A stretch of 64,000 nucleotides of DNA from Mobula hypostoma (Eukaryota): the NCBI RefSeq assembly GCF_963921235.1, contig NC_086109.1, positions 12,400,001-12,464,000 on the forward strand, written 5' to 3'. The position numbers and the translations under genes were made by a program. The notes beneath the pieces were generated by a model, which was not told the DNA's origin, did no database searches, and was given only the letters and a program-made list of their open reading frames with translations. Below are positions 26,277 to 40,565 of the stretch, in pieces. Position 1 is the stretch's first letter; every line of letters begins with the position of its first letter.

Positions 26277-29087
26277 CATAGGCAGCCTTAAGCATCTGGG
26301 GGCCCGTTTCAAGAGTTAATGTGGGGCCCTATCCCCGCTTCCCAAAAAAAAGAAAGAAAAAAAGCAAATATTTAAACAACAGGAATATTCAAGTTGGTTT
26401 TCATCAATAATGGTATAATTTCGGACTTAAACATTGATGCACTATATGCACTTTCAGCATAATGAACAGACAGCTCATCATAATCCAAACAATTCTCTTA
26501 ATTAAAAACTGAAACAATGACATTTTTTGTTTTGGAGTGAGAAGCCTCGCCCTTTTCGGCAAATAGTCTGCATTGAATGGCACTATGTGTTAGGTATCAG
26601 AAAACATAAGAAAAACTTAAACAATTTCCATCTAATCAAATTAAAAACAAAAGCAATGTCATATTTAATGAAAATTCAGACTTTATTTATTCAATGAACA
26701 GCGTCTGAAAGTTAACTACTGGAAATTTACAACAAACTGCAACTCGCGCTCTTTCAGCACCATGGACAGCTCACGTAAGGCCTGCAGAGCGAACAGGAGG
26801 AGAGTGCGAGAGCGAGGGGACGTAAACGGGAGAGAGAAATTATGATTTCTGGAAACGCCTCCTAATCGCCTATACACATTTTGAGTAAAATACGTGGTTT
26901 ATTTTATTATTTTAATTATAAACTTTATTTCTGCTAAAAATGTGTTAAAAGACTTACCACTAGAATTTCACTACCCTCTTGTGCTTGAGTGCTGAGAATG
27001 CTTTAATGAGATCATCTTTGTCCAGCGATCTTGTTATTTCATGCTCAATTGATATCTGAGCAAGAGCTGACAGAAGCTCCTGGAGCATGGTTGTCCTCAG
27101 ATGCATTTTGATGAGCTTTAGCCTCGAAAAACTTCTCTCTCCTCTCGCTACAGTCACAGGCACTGTCAGCATGAGTCTTAGAGCAATGGTGAGGTTAGGA
27201 TACAGTTCAACCAGATTGTCGCTGTAAATGTAGCTCAGAATCTGCAGGCCAGTAGTTTCTTTTGCAGGCACGACACTGATAGCAGCCAGCACCTCACGCA
27301 AAAGGTCCTCAGCATCCACATCACCAAGTGTCCTCTCCATGTTTACACAGCTGTATTTCAGTGTGCGACTTTGGGTGGCTTTTTTCATTTCCCCTCTTCC
27401 GTAAATGAAGCCAAACAGACTGTAAAATGACTCCATCAGATTGAAATGCTCACTAATGCCTGTGATGGCAGAGTCCACAGGTGGAAGGAAAGCTTCTCTC
27501 TTGTACAGTTCCTCCGGTGCCACTGTCAGGAAAGGATCTGCACTTTGGGACTCGTACTGTAACTGGCATTTTGGTTTTCTGATTCGTGCAGCAGGAAAGA
27601 CCATTGGCATCCCTATCGCTTCAGCTATGTCTCTGGCATCTGTTTGGGCAGATGAAAGGCCGTCCTCTCTGTATTCCTTGAGAAATTTCAGAACATATTC
27701 CACCTCGCGCCGTAGCACATCGATTCCCACTTGTGGGCTCTGAAGCAGCTTGCTGACACGATTCACCTCGTAAAACGTTGTACCAGATGATAACAGTCAG
27801 CAGGAATTTCCATGACATGATCTCCCGTTCTAGGCCTCTGGCTGCAGATGCGGTTTCACTGTCACCTTTCTGTGTGGCCTGTTCAATCAGTGACAGGAGC
27901 GCATTGCCAACATCAGGAAGCTGGTAGCGCAGCACTTTCACACTTTCCACGCAGCACTCCCATCGCGTGTTGGATATGGCCTTGAGAGTCATCTGTGGCA
28001 CGTTCTCCTTGAAAAGCTCCCATCTCTGTGTCGATGAGCTGAATGGTGTGTATAGACGTGGCAGCACCCCAAAGAAGCTCACAGACCCCACTGTTGATTT
28101 TGCAGCATCGACAATGACTAGGTTTAGGCTGTGGCTGGCGCATGGCATGAACAGTGCCTTTTTGTTAATATCTAGCACCCTCTTCTGCACCCCACTATTT
28201 TCCCCCGTATATTGCTTCCATTATCATATGCCTGCCCCCTGCATTTTGAGATATCTAATCCTAACTTCTCCATATGCGTTAAGAAAATGTCGGTTAGGCC
28301 TGCACCTGTTGTGCCAGGCACTGGTAGGAAACCGACAAAATGCTCGCTAACAGTAGCTCCGACAATTACTTGGCATGTGACAATGCGCAGTGTCACAGAG
28401 AGCTGCTCTATGTGTGCAGCGTCAGTGATGCAGTCCATTATCACCGAGTAGTAACGTGATTGTTTTACTCTCTCTGTTATCGCTTCCAGTATCTTGTCTC
28501 CAATAAGTATGATTAACTCATTTTGTATGGTTTTTCCCATGTAGTGGTCAGCAATCTCATTTTTCTCTGCTCGTCTAACATGTTCGCTCATCACTGGGTC
28601 GAACTCGGCAAGCAGCTCCACCAGACCAAGAATGTTCCCATTATTTGGTTCATGTAGGGTGGAATTGTGGCCACGGAAAGCAAGGTTTCGTTCTGCAAGG
28701 TGACAGACTATGGCAATGAACTTCTTCATAACATCATTCCAGCGTTTTTTTTCCCCAGCATTTGCATTTCTTGGTACGTGCTGTTAATGGCACTGTGCGT
28801 TCTTAAGCGCGTTCCCAGCTCGTTAACTGGCCTGCTGCGTTCACCAGCAACTTTGATGTGTGTTGCTTCTTTGCTAGGAGCAATGTTTACAAGTGAAGTA
28901 AATATTTTAATGTATTTTCTCAGATGTCAGTCAGCGAGCGCCCATTGGTGGTTTGGCTGGCAATAGCAGAAGAATATTGTGGGGTCTGGGAGCTGTGCAT
29001 TAAATTTTTGCATGTCAGTCGGGGGCCCCTGGGAGGGCGGGGTCCGTTTCAGTTGAAACGGGTGAAACATAGCTAAGGCCACCTGTG
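26277..29087 (-). mobile_element. hAT DNA transposon (ZMYM1-like transposase, frameshifted, 5' part deleted)
   Basis: Imperfect TIR CATAGGCAGCCTTA / CACAGGTGGCCTTA; 8-bp TSD atgccttg at 26269-26276 and 29088-29095; LAFRGH, CRGQAYDNG, CASHSLNL, ERSFSRLKLIK motifs. Confidence 0.95.
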
Positions 29088-29639
29088 ATGCCTTGGGTGC
29101 TGGAGGTCTTTAATAATGGACGCTGTCTTTCTGAGACACCGCTCCCTAAAGATATCCTGAGTACTTTGTAGGCTAGTGCCCAAGATGGAGGTGACCAGAT
29201 TTACAATCTTCTACAGCTTCTTTCGGTCCTGTGCAGTAGCCCCCCCCCCCCCATACCAGACAGTGATGTAGCCTGTCAGAATGCTCTCCACAGTACAACT
29301 ATAGAAGTTTATCAGTGCATTTGTTGACATGCCAAATTGCTTCAAACTCCTAATAAAGTATAGCCACTGTCTTGCCTTCTTTATGACTACATCAATGTGT
29401 TGGGAATCAGGAGTTCATAACCAGGGACTGAACTGTATCACCTTTTATCTTACAAATCATTCCTCTGATCAGATCTTCTTTCTAAACTGACAGTGTTCCA
29501 CTTCTAATACAGATCTGAGGAGGGGTCCCTGACCTGAAAATGGGTTCAATGAAGAGTCTCAGCCCGAAATATTGCCGTTTATTCCTTTCCATAGATGCTG
29601 CCTGATCTGCTGAGTTCCTCCAGCATTTGTGTATGTTCA

Positions 29640-30200
29640 ATCAGCATGTAGGAGGAAAATTAAAAATCTGGCTGAATGGTGTCACAACAACTATCTCTCA
29701 CTCAACATCAGCAAAACCAAAGAGCTGATTATTGTCTACAGGAGAAGGTATCCAAAGGTCCATGAGCCAGTCCTCATCAGGGTATCAGAGATGGAAGGAG
29801 TCAGTAACTTTAAATTCCTTGGCATTATCATTTTAGAAAATCTATCCTGTGTCCAGCACAAAGAAAGCACAGCAGCACATTATTTATTCGGAAGTTTGTA
29901 AAGATCAAAATGTCATCTAGAATTTTTAAAAAGTACAACAGATCCTCAGTGGAGAGTATCCTGACTGGCTGCTTCAAGGCATGGTATAAAAACACCAATG
30001 CCCTTGAAAGGAAAAACTTACAAAAGGTCGTGAATCTAGCCCTGTCCATCACAGGTAAACCTCTCCTCACCGCTGAAAGCATTGTTGCACAAAAACAGCA
30101 TCCATCATCCAGGCCTTGTGCTCTTCTTGCTATTGCCGGCTGGAAGCAAGTACAGGAGCCTTAATTCCTACATCACCAGGTTCAGAAACAGATTTTACCC
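29640..30200 (+). mobile_element. Rex1/Babar-like LINE fragment
   Basis: WCHNNYLSLNISKTKELII, FKFLGI, VESILTGC..AWY motifs. Confidence 0.75.
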
Positions 30201-31450
30201 CTTAATCACTAAGCTCCTGAACCAGAGTGGAGAATTTCACCAACTACTGACCTGATTCCACAACCTACGGACGCACTTTCAAGGACTCTACAACTCATGT
30301 TCTCAAATAATTTTTAGTGCTTACTTACCTATTATTATTATTATTGGTATTTGCACATTTTTTTTTGTCTTTTAAACACTGGTTGTTTGTCTGTCTTTGT
30401 TCATGGGTAGTTTTTATTGATTCTATTGTGTTTCCTTGTATTTACATTGAATGCCCAAAAGTAAATGAATGTCAGGATAGTAACATGGTGACATATACAG
30501 TATGTACTGTAATAATAAATTTAAGCTTCTTTTCTGAGAATGATGCAACAATTTGATTAACATAAAAATAAAATTAATTGAAATTGGATATATTTCCAGT
30601 CAATATTAAAAATTCTTAAAGACAGATGAACAATAGAATTAAAAGTTGGGCGTTGAACAAAATGAGTGATTGCAGCTTGATGCAGTTTGCAATGGTCAAT
30701 GGGGTGTGAATCTGCAAATAGAAGTTGCTACTTTTCTCAGAGTTGATGTGTAACTGTAACCCGTGGATGTACAATTGGCCTCAGAGCTACTGCACGAAGG
30801 GAGTTGTTTGCAAATGTGAGAATCAACATGAAAAAACAGCGTTAGAAATATTAGAAGATTCTTTGTAATCAGATAATGAAGTAGTATAGCACAGATTTGT
30901 TCACACAGTGGATGAGGGAGAGAAGAAATTCTACCTAAGGCTGTTTATACATGGTAGATCACTCTTAACGCAAGTTTCAACATGGAATAAAACTGCTATC
31001 TACACAACAATTTTGAGCTTAGTTTAGTTGTATATCTTTCAAGATGATGTCATTTTCATTGATAAATTTGATTTAGAGGATTCATATTTTAATGCAACAA
31101 GTTTCAGTAAGTGACACTGTAGTTTCAAGATCAGGCTCCTGAATCAGCATGGATAACTTCACTCACTCAACACTGAACTGATCACTACACACAACCTATG
31201 GGCTCACTATCGAGGACTCCACAACTCATGTTATCAGTGTTTATTTGTTTGGAGATTCAGCACAGAACAGGCTCTTTAGGCCCAAAGAGCCACACCACCC
31301 AGTAACCCACCGATTTAACCCAGTTTAATCCCAGTACAGTCTTTACTAATTTGATTTGACACAAGAAGATGCATTTCGCTGTATGTTTCAATGTTTTCAT
31401 GTACATGTGACAAATAAGAAGCCAATCTTTTTAATAAAACTGAATATACA

Positions 31451-31640
31451 TGCAACATTTCCTTCCTGTCTATGTAGCCCGTTTGTTTCCACTAAAACTG
31501 AATATTGGTGACCAATATTCCATAGCACCAATACATTGTATGTGACTGGTTTACTGTTGCATAGGGGAATTTGATTGTGATCACTTTTCCAACAACTCCT
31601 CTTACCCCATCTCTCCATCTCCACAACTCCATGTCTCTCT
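31451..31640 (-). pseudogene. Degenerate, 3'-truncated V-set exon of gene C
   Basis: GVRGVVGKVITIKFPYATVNQSHTMYWCYG aligns to V-A/V-B; B-strand Cys lost, frameshift, second half missing. Confidence 0.75.
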
Positions 31641-32996
31641 GACCAAAAAGGAAACTGAAATTGAAAGCAAAATTCTTGAGGATCTGAAGACAATTCAGAA
31701 TGAGAGCGAATGAGGGTGAGAGACAACATGATAGAGATGTGCAAAATGATCAGAGGCATAGATCGAGTGGAGATTCAGAGAATATCTCAGGGCAGAAATG
31801 GCCAATGTGTGGGGGAATAATTTCAAGGTGATTGGAGGAAAGGATTGAGAGGGTGTCAGAGGTATGTTCTTTCCGCAGAGTGGTGGGAGCATGAAAAGCC
31901 TTTCCAGGAGTGATGGTAGAGGCAGGTACATTTAAAAAACTCTTAGATAGGCACATGGATAATAGGAAAGTTATAGAAGAAAAGGATTAGATTGATCTTA
32001 GTAACACACATGAAATGCTGGAAGAACTCAGCAGGCCAGGCAGCATCTATAGAAACGGGTACTGTCCACATTTTGACCAAGAACCTTCAGCATCCACTCC
32101 CTAAGTTTCAGGAACAGTTATTACCCTTCAAACAACAGACTCCTGACTGAGGTGGATAACTTCACTCACGTCAACTCTGAACTGATTCCACAACCCATGG
32201 ACTCAGACTCATTTTTAAGGATTCTGCAACCTGCACTCTCAGTATAAAAATCATTTATTAAAAATATGTAATTTTAAAATTTGCACTACAGTATTTGTCT
32301 TCTTTTGCACATTGGTTGCTTGTCAGTCTTAATGGGCTCGAATGGGCTGAACGGCTGACTTCTGCTCCTTTGTCTTATGGGCTTAACTTCTGTAGGTTTT
32401 CACAAATTCTATCACATTGCCTTTTTTTCTAAAAATCTGAAAGAAAATGAATCTCACAGTAGTATATGGTGACATAAATCTACTTTGATAAATAAATTTG
32501 CTTTGATTTTGACTGGTGTAGCACTTTGTCAATGGCCTTCTGAAAATCCAAGTAAACAACATCCACTAACAGACAAAGTCTCCTTTGTCTATCCAGCCTG
32601 TTACTTCCTTAAAAAAAATAACAGATTTTGCAGGGTAGATTTCTCCTGAAGGAAACCATCCTGATTTTGGCCTATTTTATCATCTGCCTCCTTGTACTCT
32701 GAACACTCATCCTGAATAATAGATTCTAACATCTTACCATATACTGAAGTAAGGATAATTGGCCTGTAATGTCCTGTGTTTTGTCTCCCTCCCTTCTTAA
32801 AGAGTGGAGTGACATTTGTAATTTTCCAGGCCTCTGGACAATAATAATGCCTCCACAATCTCTTCAGCTACCTTGTTCCGAATTCTGGGGTACATTCCAG
32901 GTAAGTTATCCTGTTTCACAGTGTCCCCTTTCCTATTTGTACTATCTTCCCTCCCCCTTCAGATTCAATGCAGAGTCTTGACCCAAACCATCGACA

Positions 32997-34160
32997 AATT
33001 GATTCCTAAGCTCCAGAATCTAGGTCTTAGCACTCAGATCTGCAGCTGGATCTTCAACTTCCTCACAGACAGGACCCAGGCTGTAAAAATAGGGGACAAG
33101 TTCTCCTCTACAATCACTCTGAGCACCGGTGCCCCACAAGGCTGTGTACTCAGCCCCCTGCTGTACTCACTGTACACCCATGATTGTGTAGCCAAGTTTC
33201 CATCCAACTCAATATATAAGTTTGCTGATGACACAACAATTGTAGGCTGTATCTCAGGTAATCACGAGTTTGAGTACAGAGAGGAAATTAAGAACCTGGT
33301 GGCATGGTGCGAAGACAATAACTTATCCCTCAACGTCAGCAAAATGAAGGAATTAGTTGTTGACTTCAGAAGGAGAAGCGGACCACACGACCCAATTTAT
33401 ATCGGTGGTGCGCAAGTGGAACAGCTCAAAAGCTTTAAGTTCCTCGGGGTCAATATCACGAATGACCTGACTTTCAAATGGTCTGACTTGGTCCAACCAA
33501 GCAGAGTTCACTGCCAAGAAGGCCCACCAGCGCCTTTACTTCCTGAGAAAACTAAAGAAATTTGGCCTGTCCCCTAAAACCCTCACTTATTTTTATAGAT
33601 GCACCGTAGAAAGCATTCTTCTAGGGTGCATCACAACCTGGTATGGAAGTTGTCCTGTCCAAGACCGAAAGAAGCTGCAGAAGATCCTGAACACGGCGCA
33701 GCACATCACACAAACCAATCTTCCGTCCGTGGACTCACTTTATACCGCACGCTGTCGGATCAGTGCTGCCAGGATAATCAAGGACACGACCCACCCAGCC
33801 AACAGACTTTTCATCCCTCTTCCCTCCGGGAGAAGGTTCAGGAGCTTGAAGACTCGTACGGCCAGATTTGGGAACAGCTTCTTTCCAACTGTGATAAGAC
33901 TGCTGAACGGATCCTGACCCGGATCTGGGCCGTACCGTCCAAATATCCAGACCTGCCTCTAGGTTTTTTTGCACTACCTTACTTCCCATTTTTATATTTT
34001 CTATTTTTGATTTATAATTTAAATTTTTAATATTTACTGATTTTAACTATTTTTAATATTTAATATTTGTAATCCAGGGAGTGTGAAGCGTAGAATCAAA
34101 TATCACTGTGATGTTTGTATGTTCTAGTACCAATTGTTTGGCGACAATGAAGTATAAAGT
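32997..34160 (+). mobile_element. Rex1/Babar-like LINE, 5'-truncated, in intron 1 of gene C
   Basis: [28 protein letters not shown]; interrupts sequence that is contiguous in the paralog at 51770-51810. Confidence 0.9.
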
Positions 34161-34316
34161 ATCTCTTCCCATGACAGATGCTGCTTGACCTGCTGAGGTC
34201 CTCCAGGAGTTTCTCTGAACTCCAGATTCTGATAGCTTTGGTGTCTGCACATAATCATGCACCGTTCTGCAAACTAACACTGATTATAAAAATGTCCCAT
34301 ACTGGTTTTCACTCAC

Positions 34317-34353
34317 CAGGTAGGAAACTAATCAGAAGAATCGAAATCCACAT
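34317..34353 (-). CDS. Leader exon of gene C (MWISILLISFLP-G)
   Basis: ATG, hydrophobic 12-mer, G|gtgagt donor, 37 nt. Confidence 0.8.
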
Positions 34354-35129
34354 TGTTTTATTCACAGAGACCCAGTCAGCACTTGTCTGTTCACAGAGTG
34401 AAATTACTGTCAAATAAAAATAAGGAAGAAGAGGGCAGGAAGTCTAATCAGAAACCACAGTGAGCCATCTTAGGCTGATGTGTGATCATATGAAAAGCAA
34501 CACACAGAAAATTCTGGAGGAACTCAGCAGGTCGGGGAGCATCTAGGTATGTGAACATACAGTCGATGTTTCGGACCGAGACCCTTTATCAGGACTGAAA
34601 AGGAAAGGGGAAGACACCAGATTGAAAAGGTGAGTTAAGGGGATGCAGGCTACCTGGAAGGTGGACGGTAAACCCAAGTGGGTGGGTAAGGTAAAGGGCT
34701 GGAGAGGAAGGAATCTCATGGGAGATGAAAGTGGACCATTGGAGAAAGGGAAGGAGGCAGACACCCAGGCAGAAGCGATAGGAAGGTGGGATGAGGTAAA
34801 AGACCAGAATATCAAAAGTTCTTAATTATATTTAGCAAAATAAAAGACAATTCCCAATGACTGATAGAAATTGTGAGAAAAATCAAATTGTGAGACACCA
34901 ACAACAGCAGATGTTATAATCTGGCACAAGAATAAATTGCTGGAGGTGTCATAAAGCAGGGGCTTAATCCAAAATGTTGACCACTCTGCATCTGCAGATG
35001 CTGTCTGACTTCCTAAGTTCCTCCAGAAGCTTTTTTTCTTGCCTGAGTTAAAATGTCAGCTGTGATAAGTCATCGAGGAAAGGGTTCATGGCAAAAAGTT
35101 AACTGAGGAAAAGAAAAGACATGATCTAA

Positions 35130-35560
35130 AGGTTCAGTGGTTGTTCTGAACAAACATCAGAATTGGCAAGAAATGCAATGTAAATGACTTTGGCTGCAGG
35201 ATGATTTTAGGTGCCAGATGAGGTAGTTTGAGTATCTCAGAAACAGGTGATCTCCTGGGTTTAGCACACATTACAGTTTCTAAAGTTACAGAGAATGAAA
35301 ACAAGTTTAAAAAACAATTTGTGAGTAGCAGCTCTGTGGGTGAAAATGTCTTGTTATTGAGGGAAGTTAGAGGAGAATGGTCAGACTGGTTCAAGTTGAC
35401 AGGAAGGTGACAGTATCTCAAATAACCATGTGATACCACGTGAAGAACATCTCTGAATGCACAGGACATTGAACATTGAATTGGACGGGCTACAACATTT
35501 GAAGACCACAAACATACAGTCAGTGGCCACTTTATCAAGTACTCCTGTTGAGGGTGTATT
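35130..35560. mobile_element. Tc1-like non-autonomous remnant
   Basis: agtatctcagaaac.g.tgatctcctggg motif and cagtggccacttta TIR-like sequence. Confidence 0.55.
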
Positions 35561-38159
35561 GAGTGTTATTTTGGATGTGAGTCGAGTAGTCGCCCCACCC
35601 GCCCCCTGTATGTTTTCAACAGTGTAGAGCATTTCAATTAAACCCACAGAAGTAGCAGCTGATGGAGAACTTATTCACTGAAACAGAGGGCTATATCATT
35701 TTGTAACATTGAACAATCATATTAATAATGATAAATTAGTTAAATGTTGAAATTTAGATGAATAAGTGAATACACATTTAAAGCAATTTAAACTTTTATG
35801 CAATCATGTCTAAATCAAATAACTAGCTCCAATTACCTCCTCCATGTGGCTGGTTTCTCCTGCTGATCCCTCTATCCTTGTACTGGTCATGGATTCCCCA
35901 TCAAAAAATGGGGTGGCCTTTGATCATCAGGTATCCGCGTGAGTGGTCAGAGATAAATGTTAATTCTGCTTCTGCACGGTTACCTAAAATGTGTATTATG
36001 AATGTCAGTAATGTTCTGCACTTGTTGTAAACTAGAGCCATGAAGTCAGAGTGTGAAAGCACGGAAAATCTCCATTTGAACAAATCATAAACGCGGTCTA
36101 CCTGCCTTCATTTTGCATTGATTGGAGTAGTCAACAAAATGTATATCATGCTTATGGTTAGTTAATAGAACATGAAACAGTAACGAACAGCATCATGTCT
36201 GCTCTAACTGTGGTGCCAAATAAACCTATTGAATCTGCCTGTATATGTCCCATATCACTCCATCCCTTGCATGTTCATGTACCTGGCCAATTGCCTCTTA
36301 AATGTCATTATCACATCTGCTCCTACTATCCAATCTAGCAGTGCATTCCAGGCACCTACAACCCTAAATTTCTCACTGGCAAATTTCTTTCGATTTCACC
36401 ACTCTCACCTCTCATATTCAGAATCAGAATCAGGTTTATTATCACCGGCATGTGTAGTGACATTTGTTAACTTAGCAGCAGCAGTTCAATGCAATCCATA
36501 ATATAGAAGAGAAAAAAGAATAAATAAATATGTAAATCAATTACAGTATATGTATATTGAATAGATTAAAGATAGTGCAAAAACATAAATAATATATATT
36601 ATAAAAGTGGTTGTATCATCAGCAATTTACAGATGGTATTTGAGCTATGCCTAGCCACAGAGTCATGGGTATAGAGAGAATGGAGTAGTGGATTTTGCTT
36701 TGTAGGAAGTAATGTCTTGCAGACCCTGCCAGAGTTGTTGTGCATCCGATGTTGCCTCCAACCTCATTCAAAATTGTCTCTTCGACTTTAAAATAGCCCA
36801 AGTCACATCTGGTTTTCTGGTGCAGACCTGGATCGCCAGACTTGAATGCCACAGATCTAGCCTTCGGCAGATGACATACCTCCTGGTTCATCCACAGCTT
36901 TTGGTTTGGGAATGTACAGCAAGCCACACTCATCCATACATGATTAGATCCTGGGGAAAGAGACTTTGAATCTCTGCCCCATCTATCTATGCTGCTTCTA
37001 ATTTCATTATCTTCCATCTGACATCCCTTCAGTCTCGAAAGAAAACAATCCTCGTTTGTACAACGTCTCCATACAGTTCATACGCTCTAATCCAGAGAAT
37101 TGACAGCTGAACCTCTTCTGCAGCCTGCCTCTGAGGAAAGAGCAGAGCAGAAAACAGCTGTGATGAAGAAAGGGCTTTTCATGCAATATTTGGCTTCTTT
37201 CCCTCTAAAGGCTGTGTCATTTCTTTGAGGCAACTGAAAAATTCACCCCTTCTGAAATATACTGTACTCCATTGGTCAGAGCAACTTCAAGAGCTAGGAT
37301 GGGATTTCACTTTACTTCAGTTCAATATTAGGGGGAAAATATTTGAATGGAATTACACATTCATGCACTGTGGTGACATGGATTTTATCACAGTTGTAAA
37401 ATCCATGTCGGTTCTGTTCTTGAACCCGATCAAATCCATTTAGACAGGAAATGGTCTGTGTAAGTCGCTTAAATATTTCTCATAGAATGATACAGAATAG
37501 AATTTGGACAGCACATGTATAGTATCTATCTACCCTTACCTCTGGCCCATCTTACCTTCACTCACTTTCTCAGCTAATGCAAGGTACCAATTCCACAAAA
37601 CACGAACACAAGAAATCCTGCAGATGCTGGGATTCCAAAGAAACGTGCACAAAGTGTTGGAGGATCTCAGCAGGTCAGACTATGGAAATGAATGAACAGT
37701 CGACGTTTCGGGAAGTGACCCTTCTTCAAGACTGGAGAGGAAAAGTTAAATTTATTATCAGATTGTATAAATGTCACCACATACAATCCTGAGATTTCTT
37801 TTCAGCGAGCATAGTTAACAAATTAATAGAACAGAAACTGTAAGTGGATCAATGGACAAGCTGCACAAATGCAAATATAAATAAATAGCAATAAATAACG
37901 AGCACAAAACAACAAGATAAAGAGTCCTTTAAGTGAGAGCATCGGCTGTGGGAAACCAGAAATAGTGTGAGTGTAGTTATCCCCTTTTGTTCAAGAGCCA
38001 GATGGTTGAGGGGTAGTAACTGTTCCGAAACCTGTGATTCCTGAAGCTCTTGTACCTTCCACATGATGGCAGCAGCGAGAAAGGAGCACGGCCTGGGCGG
38101 TGAGGATCTTTGACGATGGATGCTGCTTTTAGAACACAGAACATAGGACATAGAAATCT

Positions 38160-39300
38160 ACAGCACATTTACAGGCCTTTCAGCCCACAATATTGTGCCG
38201 ACCATGTAACCTAATCTAGAAACTGCTTAGAATTTCTCTACCGCATAGCCCTCTCTTTTTCTGAGCTCTATGTAGCTATCTAAAAGTCTCTTAAAAGACC
38301 CTATTGCATCTGCCTCTTACACCATAGCTGGCAATGCATTCCACACACTCACCACTCTCTGAGTGAAAAACTTACCCCTGACATCCCCTTGTGCCTACAT
38401 CCAAGCACCTTAAAGCTATACCCCCTTGTGTTAGCCATTTCTGCCCTGGGAAAAACAAACCTCTGGCTATCCACACGATCAATACCTCTCACTATCTTAT
38501 ACACCTCTATCAGGTCATCTCTCATCCTCTGTTGCTCCAAGGAGAAAAGGCCGAGTTCACTCAACATGTTCCCATAAGGCATGCTTCCCAATCCAGGGAA
38601 CAACCTTGTAAATCTCCTCTGTTCTCTCTCTATAGTATTCACTATAGAGAGAGTGGCCATTCAGCCATACTAGCCTACACTTAATGTAGATGGGCTCAAT
38701 GGTTGGGAGGGTTTTTACCATGATGTACTGAATCTATTACCTTTTGTAGGATTTTCTGCTCAAAGGCTTTGGTGTTCCCATACTGGGCCGTAATGCAGCC
38801 AGTCAGCACACTTTCCACCACACATCTATAGAAGTTTGCCAAGGTTTTTGATGTCATGCCGAATCTCCACAGATGCCTGAGTAAGCAGAGGTGCTGTCGT
38901 GCTTTCTTTGCAATTATATTTATAGGATGGGTCCAGGACAAGTCCTCTGAGATAGTGACACCCAGGAGTTTAAAGTTACTGACCCTCTCCACCTCTGATC
39001 CTTTAAGGATTGCTGGCTCATAGACCTCTGATTTCCCTCTCCTGAAGTCCACTATCTGTTCCCTGGTCTTATTGACATTGACTGAGAGGTTGTTACTATT
39101 ACACCACTCAGCCAAATTTTTCAATCTCCCTCCTCTCTTGCTGATTCATCACCAACTTTGATTCAGCCCACAATAGTACTGTCATCAGTAAACTTGTATC
39201 CGGTGTTGAAGCTGTACTTAGCCACACAGTCATAGGTGTAAAGCAAGTCAAGCAGGGTGCTCAGTATGCATCCCTGTGGTACTCCTGTGCTGATGGAAAT
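38160..39300 (-). mobile_element. CR1 3' fragment (38160-38640) and Rex1-like fragment (38690-39300)
   Basis: QRRFTRLFPGL..DLIEVYKI; WCNSNNLSVNVNKT..FKLLGVTISEDLSW. Confidence 0.8.
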
Positions 39301-40521
39301 TGCTGAGGATCAACACACATAAAATGCTGGAGGAACTCAGCAAGCCAGGCAGCATCTTTGCAAAAGGGTACAGTGGATGTTTCAGGCTGAGATTCTTCAT
39401 CAGGACTGCCGATTAGTAGTGAGTAATCTATGTTTTCTAACTTCTTGATTACAACAATGCAGTTCCCCTTCTGTCATTTTCAAAGAACGTGATTTATTGT
39501 ACAATCGTGGGCTACAGTCACAGATCGGCTTTGAGATAAACAATATCTCCTGTTTCTAATTTCACACTGCATTGACCGATACAAGCTGCAACGTGTGTGT
39601 GACTCATTTTATTCAGCTTCCTATACTGTATTAATTTCTATTGTTCTCTGTCCTTTAACACCCTTGTACAGTGACATCAATTGTACCCGTATTGAATAAT
39701 TCTTCACAGCAATCGATGTGTGCCAATATTTCCAAACACAAAAGCAAAATAAGATGGTTATTAATAAAATAAGATAAGAAAAAATAAGATGCGTGTTTGA
39801 TCATAGCAGCTTCTATGAGCTCAACTAAATGTGTTATTGTCCTTTTTAAATGTATTATTTTCAATCACATCTCCCTGCAAGATATTAAGAACTTAAAGTA
39901 CTGCAGGTCGACCCCGTCAGTGAGTTGCTTGTTGGTGGCGAAACTGAAAGAGCTGGACTTGGTGCGGACCGTGAAGCCGCCTGTGTCAGAGGGGCTTCGT
40001 TGCGCAAAGAAGGTGTGCAATCTAGCAGGAAGTTCACTGATTTATTGATGGACAGCAGAGGAGTTGTGTGGCCTCGGCTTCAAGCCACAGAGTTGCATGT
40101 TTCCAACCCCCCCGGAGAGAGGCATCAGAGCCGGTGCGCTCTGCCGCAGGCGGTGTGGTGCAGCGTTCAAACTGCAAGCGATGCTGCCCCCTAGTGTTCA
40201 CTCAGCCATATTGTATGAAACTGCAGATTTCCGCAACATCGTGATCTTTTGTTTGACGGTATTTTACTGATATCTTATATGTGCTTGCAATCTTACATGT
40301 ATTAGTTGTGTGACTATTGGTACCAGAGTAGTGCTGTTTTGTTTGGTTGTATTCATGCGTATTCATGTGTGGTTGAATGACAATGAAACTTGAACTATGA
40401 GCTATGAATATGTGCCTATCTGAAATGAAATCTGCGGATAATAGAGAGACCCAGAATGTCAGACAGCTTCGGAAGAGATAAAAGGAAAGCTAATACTTCA
40501 TAAATTTGTTCTGATGGAATA

Positions 40522-40565
40522 TCAGAATGAGTAATTAACTGTTTCCCTTTCCTGAACATTCACAG
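40522..40565 (-). CDS. Possible terminal cytoplasmic exon of gene B (VNVQERETVNYSF*)
   Basis: cttccctttgttgtcaacag acceptor, phase 1, Tyr motif; no clear upstream donor. Confidence 0.25.
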
